27,265 nt of DNA from Planctomycetaceae bacterium (lineage in GTDB: Bacteria > Planctomycetota > Planctomycetia > Pirellulales > JAEUIK01), in NCBI GenBank assembly GCA_015493185.1, contig WGDQ01000745.1:1-27265 (forward strand), read 5' to 3'. Under the pieces are notes generated by a model. That model ran no database searches, had not been told where the DNA came from, and was given only the letters and a program-made list of their open reading frames with translations. The translations under genes and the position numbers were made by a program. Position 1 is the stretch's first letter; each line of letters opens with the position of its first letter. Shown in pieces: positions 9,453 to 19,101 of the stretch.

Positions 9453-10358
9453 CTAAAACAAATACAACAGTGGGAACAGGAAGATCCAGACAATATCGAC
9501 AAAATGCCAATAAAGCCCGATGTTTTCGATGAAGTTGGCCTTGCCGGCGTCGAGCCGCATGAAGAGCAGCAGGGCGAAAACCACCAGTCCCCCGAGCACG
9601 TGCAAGGCATGGAATCCGGTCAGCGTGAAATAGGTGCTGGCCCACATGTTGCCACCCGGCACGACAATGGGCAACTTCAGCCAGGGGTGTTCGTCGTTCA
9701 GCCCGGCATGGTGCGATTCCTCTTCGCCCGGCGCGGTGCCCAGCGGCATGATGCGCAATGCCAGTGCCGTCAGGCTTGCTCGTGTCGGATCTGGACCCAA
9801 GGCCGGATCGGCGGCAATCTCGTCCAGCAGTTGCAGTCGTTGCTGGTCTTGTTCCGTAAGGTTCTCAGCACCCTTGGCATTGATTTCCGCCCGCAACGCC
9901 TGAATCCGCTGTCGCACGGCCGAGGCGAAGTACAAGTCGGGCTTTTCATACATCCGGCTGCGTGGCAGGGCCGGGTAGATGCCGTGACCGAATTTGGCAT
10001 TGTATTCGTAGGCCTTCACGCCCAAAAACAGCACACCGAGCGCAAGCGTGGTGGCGATCCAACCCTTGGCCGCGCCCGCTCGATTGGCACGCGACGCTTC
10101 CAGGGCCAACACCACGCTCACGCTGGAGCAAATCAGCACAAAGGTGTTGAAAGCGCCGATCGGTTCGCTCAGATGCACTTCGTGCGAAAACGGCCACACC
10201 GGCGCACCAAACCGGATCACGATGTACGTGCCGATCAACGCGGCGAAAAACATGATTTCGGTGGAAAGGAACAACCACATGCACAGCTTGCCGTTTGGAA
10301 TCGGCAGCGCCGGCTGATACTGAAACGAATCCGAATGTGCGTGTCCTGCTGTCGCCAT
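9453..10358 (-). CDS. ctaE: Cytochrome c oxidase subunit III with a ~100-aa loop insertion, 301 aa
   Basis: [48 protein letters not shown]. Start moved to ATG 10358. Confidence 0.95.
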   Translation of the reverse strand: MATAGHAHSDSFQYQPALPIPNGKLCMWLFLSTEIMFFAALIGTYIVIRFGAPVWPFSHEVHLSEPIGAFNTFVLICSSVSVVLALEASRANRAGAAKGWIATTLALGVLFLGVKAYEYNAKFGHGIYPALPRSRMYEKPDLYFASAVRQRIQALRAEINAKGAENLTEQDQQRLQLLDEIAADPALGPDPTRASLTALALRIMPLGTAPGEEESHHAGLNDEHPWLKLPIVVPGGNMWASTYFTLTGFHALHVLGGLVVFALLLFMRLDAGKANFIENIGLYWHFVDIVWIFLFPLLYLF

Positions 10359-10621
10359 GGGACTGTTTTTCCCTGTGATTTCCAGGTCAGAGTCTCTTGT
10401 ATCTTTCCGAAAGTCGGCTGTTTGCCGTTGGTTTGCTGTTTCTTGCGTCTGTTCTGTTGTTCGAGCAACCCGCAATTAAAACAGGTCTTTCTCGGCCGCA
10501 GCGGCACAGGTGGACCTCATTGGCCGCGTGGTCGTTTGTCTTATCATTTCATTCTGCTCGCTGCACACGATTCGGTTGTTATCCTGCCCGTCCTCTTTAC
10601 AGCCAGTGGCTCCGGATCGCT

Positions 10622-11524
10622 CTACCACAACTGAGCCAGCACAAGCAACGCGAAAACGCTGGGCAAATACACCAACGAAACCCGCAACAGTTGTCGGGCT
10701 CGTCCGTCGTCACGCCGAACCAGAAATCGGGCTGACGCCACAACGTAGGCCAGGCCTGCGATCATTGCGCCTAGCAAGTACATCGGCCCGCCGAGTATCC
10801 ACAGGCAAGGCGCGGCACTCACTGCCAGCAAGGCCACCGAGGCCAATAACGCCTGCCAGCCGGCTCGCTCGCCGGTGGCGTCTACCGCAGGCAGCATCCG
10901 CAGGCCGGCCGCCGCGTAGTCGTAGCGGTAGAGCCAGGCAATGGCCATGAAGTGCGGAAACTGCCAAAGGTAAAGCAGTACCAATAGTGCCGCGAGCTGA
11001 ATGTTCCACGTGCCGCCGACAGCAAACCAACCAATCGCCAGCGGCAGCGCACCGGCCACAGCTCCGATTGCCGTGTTGGCCGTGGTGCGCGATTTCAATG
11101 GCGTATAAATCGCAACGTAGATCGTCCATGTCGCCAGGCCGCACAGCGATGCAACCCATCCGGCGATGGCCAAAAGCCACAGGCATGCCGAAAGGCCGGT
11201 CAGCAATCCGAAAACCAAAACCTCTTCGCTGCGCAAGCGGCCGGCAGGCAAAGGCCGCGACAGGGTACGGCGCATCCGCAGGTCGCGGTGACGCTCTAGA
11301 TATTGGTTCAAAGAGCTGGCGCTCACGGCCAGCAACGTCGTGGCCAGCATCACGTGCAGGAACACAGCGGGGCTTGGCATTCCCCATGCACCCAGCACTG
11401 CTCCCACCGCCACGGTCATCAAGGAGAATGCGGCGATCTTCGGTCGCGACAGCTCTGTGTAGTCGCGCAACCGCGCGAGAGCAACCGAACGGGGCCGCGC
11501 ACATTCCACAGCGGAAGCACTCAT
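10622..11524 (-). CDS. ctaB: Heme O synthase (protoheme IX farnesyltransferase), 300 aa
   Basis: ELSRPKI, NQYLERHRDLRMRRTLSRPLPAGR, YTPLKSRT, WQFPHFMAIA, DYAAAGLRMLP. ATG 11524 overlaps the ctaA stop (ATGA). Confidence 0.95.
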   Translation of the reverse strand: MSASAVECARPRSVALARLRDYTELSRPKIAAFSLMTVAVGAVLGAWGMPSPAVFLHVMLATTLLAVSASSLNQYLERHRDLRMRRTLSRPLPAGRLRSEEVLVFGLLTGLSACLWLLAIAGWVASLCGLATWTIYVAIYTPLKSRTTANTAIGAVAGALPLAIGWFAVGGTWNIQLAALLVLLYLWQFPHFMAIAWLYRYDYAAAGLRMLPAVDATGERAGWQALLASVALLAVSAAPCLWILGGPMYLLGAMIAGLAYVVASARFLVRRDDGRARQLLRVSLVYLPSVFALLVLAQLW

Positions 11525-12543
11525 GCGGCCACCTCCAACAACCACACTGCGGACGACGGCGTTCCGATTCGTTGTTTCGCGGCACGAAGCAACCGCAACG
11601 CACGCAGCGCCGTCGTTAGTGCCGTGGCCAGAATCAACGACCCGGTTGCCACATGCAAGGTGGTCACATGGGTTTGCAACCAACCGCCCGCAACCGTCAA
11701 GTGCGAAGCGGTCCACCAATGTTCTCCCGCCCATGCCGGCCAACCGTAGTTCGCAATCCAAACCAGGCCGCCCAAGATGAGTTGTCCGACCAGCAGGCCG
11801 CTGAGCAGCGCCGCGGGGCGAAGCAGCAGTGGCTCGGTGCGTTGATGCTGCCACACACGGACCAGCAGCAAGCCTACGTGAAATGCCAACACGGCGGCGA
11901 AGAACAGATGAAACGCAAGGGCCGCACGGAACTGCGCCGGATCGGCCATTGCGGGCAAATGACGCAACTGCGCCCCGAGCACCAACTGAAAATATGCCAG
12001 TCCCGTGGTCAGCATCGCGAGACGTTGCAGCCGTCCCGACGCTGAAGTGGCCTGCGCCAGTGGCGCGTGGCGCCAATAGTCCGATGTGACCACGGCCAAC
12101 GCGACGATTAGTGAAAACACCGCGGGGCCAAAGCAGCCATGAATCATCGCCAGCATTCGAGCGTTTTCAATCACACGCAACCCGCCGAGTGTGCCCTGCG
12201 CGATAATTGCCAGCAATACGACCAGCCCCAAGCCCTGCACCCAGCGACGCCGCTCGTATCGAATTAAGACAACCAGCGTGGCGATTGCCAGCAATCCAAC
12301 CGTCGCCCCGAGCAGCCGATGGCCATGTTCGATGAACAGGTCCCACGGACCGAACAACCACGTTTGCCACGGGTAGAGAAACAGGTTGTAGCCGTACGTC
12401 GTTGGCCAATCGGGCACGGCCATGCCCGACTGCGTTGTTGTGACCAGCCCCCCGACCCACAGCAACGGAAAAGTAGCGCACGCCAACAGCACGGCCATGC
12501 GGTGAGGCCAGGCGTTTTCGGTTGCATGCGTTGTTTCGACCAT
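11521..12543 (-). CDS. ctaA: Heme A synthase (COX15/CtaA), ~340 aa
   Basis: GGLVTTTQSGMAVPDWP, IEHGHRLLG, MIHGCFG, FHLFFA, LHVATG: four conserved His across 8 TM helices. It lies between subunit I and ctaB. Confidence 0.92.
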   Translation of the reverse strand: MVETTHATENAWPHRMAVLLACATFPLLWVGGLVTTTQSGMAVPDWPTTYGYNLFLYPWQTWLFGPWDLFIEHGHRLLGATVGLLAIATLVVLIRYERRRWVQGLGLVVLLAIIAQGTLGGLRVIENARMLAMIHGCFGPAVFSLIVALAVVTSDYWRHAPLAQATSASGRLQRLAMLTTGLAYFQLVLGAQLRHLPAMADPAQFRAALAFHLFFAAVLAFHVGLLLVRVWQHQRTEPLLLRPAALLSGLLVGQLILGGLVWIANYGWPAWAGEHWWTASHLTVAGGWLQTHVTTLHVATGSLILATALTTALRALRLLRAAKQRIGTPSSAVWLLEVAA

Positions 12544-12601
12544 GAATGGCGTGGGACTACCGAGAATGCTGTGAATTGAAAAACCGCCGAGCGACATGGC
12601 G

Positions 12602-14409
<1,808 letters not shown>

Positions 14410-14413
<4 letters not shown>

Positions 14414-15159
14414 TGAACAGCCTCTTGTTCTTGGCGTTTTTGCTCCAGCCAGTTTTCGAAGTCTTCACGCGATTCGATTGTCAACCGGCCCTTCATTTTG
14501 TAGTGACCCCAACCGCATAGTTCGGCGCAAACCAGATCGAACGCGCCGATTTCAGTTGCTCGAAACCACACGGGAATCGTGCTGCCCGGCACGGCATCTT
14601 GCTTGATGCGCAGATTCGGCAGGAAGAAACTATGCAGCACGTCGTCGCTTTCCAGGTGAATCAGAATCTGCTCGTTGACCGGAATGTGCAAATCGTTCAC
14701 GGTGTGAATATCGTCGCGCGTGTCGAGCACGCCATCAGGGCCCGGATATTGCAACCGCCACTCGAACTGCCTCGCGGTCACTTTCAAAGTGGGCGGAATG
14801 TCGGGGCGGTCGATTTTCACTTCCGCCCAGGCGTTCATCTGATAGATGGCGATGAACAGCAGGGTGGCGGCGGGGATGATTGTCCACACCATTTCCAGGT
14901 TGTGGCTGCCATGCGTGAACTTCACAGGATCTTGGTTCCGCTCACGATCATAGCGCCACATAAACACCACCAGCACCACTTCGGTGGCAATGAAAACAGC
15001 GCCGGTTAGCAGCAGGATGAAGGTGAATAGATGGTCGATCTTGTGCCCATGCGTCGAAACGTCCTGCGGTAAATACACTCCAGCATACGGGGCCCAAAGA
15101 AACACACCGACGCCGAGGATCGGAACCAGCAAGAACAAGAAGATCCAAAAACGTGTCAC
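14410..15159 (-). CDS. ctaC: Cytochrome c oxidase subunit II (CuA, no fused cytochrome c), 249 aa
   Basis: DVLHSF and CAELCGWGHYKM form the CuA motif; LEMVWTIIP is present and there is no CxxCH. GTG 15159 has GGAG upstream; ATGA overlap with subunit I. Confidence 0.96.
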
Positions 15160-15496
15160 GATCGTTCTCCGCTCATTCGTTTTGAACTCATCGGGCCCAA
15201 ACTCGACGGGCATGCATGCGGTTTTATCTGTCGACCGATACCGAACCGGGTAGCAAGTGAAACCTGCGCGGCCGGTTGCTCTTTTTCGTTGCTCGAGTTT
15301 TCTCGCCGTTTACCGGAGTTTGCTGCCAGGCGTCTTGCTACGACAAGGCAACAACGACAAGGCACCTATCTTTGCGGCATCGCCAACTCCCGCCACTTCA
15401 CGCGAGCCAAGCCGATCTGGCGAGTTCGCTAACAGCTTGCAAGCATACGACTCGTCCCCCTGTTAGGTGTTCTTGACGCAGCTTGCAAACGCCCCA

Positions 15497-16642
15497 TCAC
15501 AGCCGGGCTCGCGTCAACTTGGTTGTCTCCTCGGGCCGATTAGGCGATGGTTCATAGGGCAACTGTAACACATAGTTCACCAGATCCCAGATCTGATTGG
15601 GTTTCAGCACTTTTCCGGCGGCGGGCATCGGCGTGCCCTTGATCCCTGCGAATATGCGTCGGTAGATATCGGCCGGAGCTCGTCCGCCGCGATAAATGCC
15701 CAGACGCAAATTGCGGGGGCGAAGCTTTTGTTTGGGCAACGCCCACAGCTCGGGATGGGCCGGATCCTTTTCCTTGTTCCAATCGTCGAACAGATCGCCT
15801 TCGTCGTTGCCGTCGCCCAGCCCCGTGGGACCATGACACTTAATGCACTGGGCGGTTTTGGCGTCTCGAAACAGTGCGCGTCCTCGTTCGATCGAGGCCG
15901 CTAGCTCTTCGGAAGAATCCCGCGGCGGCAGCGCCTTGAGATCGGGCACAACAATCTGGCTCTCCGCATCGCGCCACTGATTCGAAACCAGCAACACCTC
16001 GTCGAGCAAGGCATCCCGGCTCTCGGGCAAATCTTCTTCGTTCTCCAGATAGAGGAACAGCGAAGCCTCGACCTGTCCTCGAATGCTCAGGTATTTGACG
16101 TATTCGACCAGCGCTTCGATTTCCGCCTCGGGCAATAGCACGAACGACGGCATCGCCGTGCCTTGAATGCCATTGCGGAGCGTCTTTTTCAAATCGTCGG
16201 TCGTCGGTTTTGCGCCAGGACCGGTCGAGGTGAACTTGAACACCCCCTTGCGAAAGTCGCGAGGATAGGGATTGAGAAACGCCGCAGTAGGACCAGCACC
16301 ATCGCCCGTCACGCCGTGGCAGTGGGCACAATGTTGCCGAAACAATCCATGCCGCACACCTTCCGCTTCGGAATAGGTGGGACCGGCCGCGATCCGCAGC
16401 TTTTCGAGATCCAAGCCCGTTTCGGGGAAAATATAGGGATCGTCGGGGGTGCCGAAAGCGGCAGTCAGAATGTCGACAACAAGCTGCTTTTGCTCGGCGG
16501 AAAACTGATCGGGCGATCGGCCTTCCATATTCAACCGGAATGTCGCCGGAGGACTTCCTCCGCAGCCGGGAAAAAAGGAAAGCAACAGGCCGCCGAGAAC
16601 GACCGCACCCACCCTACTTGCAAGGTGTTTACCCAACATCAT
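15497..16642 (-). CDS. Diheme class I cytochrome c, probable lipoprotein, ~381 aa
   Basis: CAHCH and CIKCH, each followed by a candidate Met ligand (GTAMP, GTPMP). The hydrophobic signal ends ...LLLSFFPG-C. Start could be 16642, 16639 or 16708. Confidence 0.9.
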   Translation of the reverse strand: MMLGKHLASRVGAVVLGGLLLSFFPGCGGSPPATFRLNMEGRSPDQFSAEQKQLVVDILTAAFGTPDDPYIFPETGLDLEKLRIAAGPTYSEAEGVRHGLFRQHCAHCHGVTGDGAGPTAAFLNPYPRDFRKGVFKFTSTGPGAKPTTDDLKKTLRNGIQGTAMPSFVLLPEAEIEALVEYVKYLSIRGQVEASLFLYLENEEDLPESRDALLDEVLLVSNQWRDAESQIVVPDLKALPPRDSSEELAASIERGRALFRDAKTAQCIKCHGPTGLGDGNDEGDLFDDWNKEKDPAHPELWALPKQKLRPRNLRLGIYRGGRAPADIYRRIFAGIKGTPMPAAGKVLKPNQIWDLVNYVLQLPYEPSPNRPEETTKLTRARL

Positions 16643-16848
16643 CTCGATGATCCAAAGTCCGAGCGGCTCACAAGGTCTATCAGCATGGCCGGTTGCGAGT
16701 TCTTGCATCTCGCCAGCCGCTTAATGACCGATGTGAGTTTCGCTCTTGGTTAGCCGGTCCGAAGTTTTCCAATGATTCGAAAACGTTTCTCCACTGGCCT
16801 CGGCACGGATCGTTTCAGGCACCGTGCACGAGGCCAGACAGCTACTCT

Positions 16849-17748
16849 TTAGAGGTTGAAGGCCGAAGCCGGTACCTTGATTTCGCCCAGGTCGACCGAA
16901 CCGTCGGCCTCGACCTTCTTTTTGAAGCGACCGCGATCATTGGTAAGCCCATCGATCACCAGCGCGCCACGATTGCCTGCCGCGCTTTCGTGCCAGACCT
17001 GAAACTCGATTTCTTCACCAGCAGGCAAATTGACCAGTTCGAACTTGCCCTGCTCATTGGTCGCAACCGCATAGGGGTTCTTGCGCGGCAGGATGTATGC
17101 CTTCATCCACGGATGAATGTTGCACGACACGGGAACGGGCGTGTTCTGCTGCTTGCCGAATTTGTATGTCGTTTCGCCCTTCGGCGGCAGCAGAGGATTG
17201 GTGCCCTGGTCGGCCGGCGGACTGATGTTCGTATTGTGACCGATTGGATCGCTGTTCTTGATCAGCAGCGTTTGCGTCACGCGCATCGGAAGCACGTGCT
17301 GTTTGAAGATGCATTTTTCCTGATCGAAGACGACTTTTTCCTCGGCCGTTGCGTCGTAAGAGTCGTGAATGCGAGACACCTTACGAGCGAAGATGATAAT
17401 GTTTTTGATCCCCTTGGTACCCGAGTCGACGACCAACGCTTCGTTGGGAATGCCCTCTGGGTTGCAGACCGGCGCATCCTTTCCGCCTGTCGGCAGCAGT
17501 GGTAGTTGCGGCGGATCGGCCACGTAAACGAACGTGCCGCTCAAGTTGCCCCAGCCGGTGCCCGTCTCGCTTGCCGCAGTGCTGCCGCCGCCACCGTTGC
17601 CGTCGCCGCCACCGGTGCGAATTGCCGCCGCCCGACCGGAATCGGGAGCCGGACCGCTCGAAGACGAGCCACCACCGCATCCGCTCCATACTAAAACGCC
17701 CAGTGAAGCACCCAGGACGCCGCCCACGTACCATGCTTTGTTACGCAT
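16849..17748 (-). CDS. Cupredoxin-like lipoprotein with flanking beta-sandwich segments (paralog B), 299 aa
   Basis: Signal ending VWSG-C, Gly/Ser linker, DPIGHN and SCNIHPWM (His + C-x2-H-x2-M). GAGGAAGGA lies upstream of ATG 17748. Confidence 0.85.
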   Translation of the reverse strand: MRNKAWYVGGVLGASLGVLVWSGCGGGSSSSGPAPDSGRAAAIRTGGGDGNGGGGSTAASETGTGWGNLSGTFVYVADPPQLPLLPTGGKDAPVCNPEGIPNEALVVDSGTKGIKNIIIFARKVSRIHDSYDATAEEKVVFDQEKCIFKQHVLPMRVTQTLLIKNSDPIGHNTNISPPADQGTNPLLPPKGETTYKFGKQQNTPVPVSCNIHPWMKAYILPRKNPYAVATNEQGKFELVNLPAGEEIEFQVWHESAAGNRGALVIDGLTNDRGRFKKKVEADGSVDLGEIKVPASAFNL

Positions 17749-17987
17749 CGGTCTGATTCCTTCCTCGTTGAAAAAGCCGCCCCGCCTCGCATAGAGATAC
17801 CGAGGCACCAGTGTGTGTGATGTTGTCGTTTTGGTTTGTGATCGGTTCTCCCCATTGCCCAAGCGTCTATCGTTTTTGCACAAGAGCCGTGGTGCTTTGC
17901 ACAAAAACGGCACCCGCTACGTGTGGCCATCGTGCGGTGAGTGCTTGGGGGGGAACTGCGCCTGTTCGTTGTTTTCCTATTTCTTTT

Positions 17988-18767
17988 CTATTTCTCAAAA
18001 ATTTCAGGCGGCAGCTTGATGGTGTCCAAATCGTTGTCGCCTGGCTTGAGCGTCATTTTGAATCGGCCGCGCTTCCACTGCACCGGTTTGCCATTCACCG
18101 TTGCCTTCGTGACATAGCCCGCCTTTTCCTGCCACACCTGAAATTCCAATTCCATGCCGGCCGGGAGATTCTTGATTTCAAACGTGCCGTCGGGTTTCGA
18201 CACCGCCACATAGGGGTTGGGCCGCGGCAACACGTAGGCCCGCATCCACGGGTGAATGTTGCACGATACCGGGACGGGAATATTTTGCGCGCGGTTGAAA
18301 CGGTGCTCGACTTCGCCCCCACTGGCGATCAGAGGATTGATGCCCACATCAGCGATGGGCTGCAAGTTGCTGTTGTGGCCGCAGGGATCGGCGTTACGAA
18401 TCACCAAGGTTTGCGAGAGCCAAACCGGCAAAATGTGGGGTTCGAACCGCCCTCCCTTGTTGTCGAGTACCACCTTGGCATGGGCCTGTTTTTCGTAGTC
18501 GGGATGAATCGGCACTTTCTTCGTGCGCAGGTAAACCACAACGTTGGCCAGCCCCCCATCGGGCGCGACGATCAGCGACTCATCGCGCAGGTCGCGATCA
18601 CCGAAATACTCGACATCCTTGTTGACGTTCAACTTGGCCCGCTCGGGCGGCGGTCCGTCGTAAACGAATCGCCCGCTCAAGTTGCCCCACTCGGTGGCGG
18701 TGGCAATGGGCAGCAACAAGAAAAACGAAGCGGCCCCAAACAGCAACGATCGTCGCCCGGTTTTCAT
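17988..18767 (-). CDS. Secreted cupredoxin-like protein (paralog A), 259 aa
   Basis: Sec-type signal MKTGRRSLLFGAASFFLLLPIATA, then WGNLSG, DPCGHN and SCNIHPWM. GGAG lies upstream of ATG 18767. Confidence 0.85.
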   Translation of the reverse strand: MKTGRRSLLFGAASFFLLLPIATATEWGNLSGRFVYDGPPPERAKLNVNKDVEYFGDRDLRDESLIVAPDGGLANVVVYLRTKKVPIHPDYEKQAHAKVVLDNKGGRFEPHILPVWLSQTLVIRNADPCGHNSNLQPIADVGINPLIASGGEVEHRFNRAQNIPVPVSCNIHPWMRAYVLPRPNPYVAVSKPDGTFEIKNLPAGMELEFQVWQEKAGYVTKATVNGKPVQWKRGRFKMTLKPGDNDLDTIKLPPEIFEK

Positions 18768-18806
18768 GGTAGGGTTCTCCCAGGAATCGCTGAGCATCCG
18801 GTGTCG

Positions 18807-18995
18807 CTATTGGGAGGGGGCCTCGCTCTCCGACGGCTCTTCAGCCCCGCCGAGATCAACTGCCGGCGGCGCCACATCGCCGGTAACTCCCGGCGGTGGA
18901 GAAGGAGAAGACGAACCGCTGTTGCAGGCACCACCAATCAGCGACAAGCAAATTAATGTCGCTAAACTATACGCGAGCTTTCGCCATCTGACCAT
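18807..18995 (-). CDS. Small putative lipoprotein, 62 aa
   Basis: MVRWRKLAYSLATLICLSLIGGA-C followed by an S/P/E-rich tail; AAGGA upstream of ATG 18995; co-oriented inside the cluster. Confidence 0.65.
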   Translation of the reverse strand: MVRWRKLAYSLATLICLSLIGGACNSGSSSPSPPPGVTGDVAPPAVDLGGAEEPSESEAPSQ

Positions 18996-19101
18996 TCGTT
19001 GGATTCCTTGAACCGTAGAGCATGACGCCGCATGCCGATATGCCACGATCGGCCTGCGACAGTTTGCCGCACCTTTGTGTGCTACTGTCTCACTTTTCCC
19101 G

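Noticed and set aside
9438-10634. 398-aa plus-strand ORF, and similar ones at 17811..18956, 19075..20103, 22130..22990, 23018..23764 and 25975..26730
   Set aside because: These are antisense shadows of well-supported minus-strand genes, expected from GC-rich codon bias. They show no motifs and have atypical composition.
18767-18809. The TAG of the 62-aa lipoprotein is in frame with cupredoxin paralog A, suggesting readthrough or a broken fusion
   Set aside because: Paralog A has its own RBS and complete signal peptide, and a fusion would contain an internal signal sequence. Being in frame has a 1-in-3 chance.
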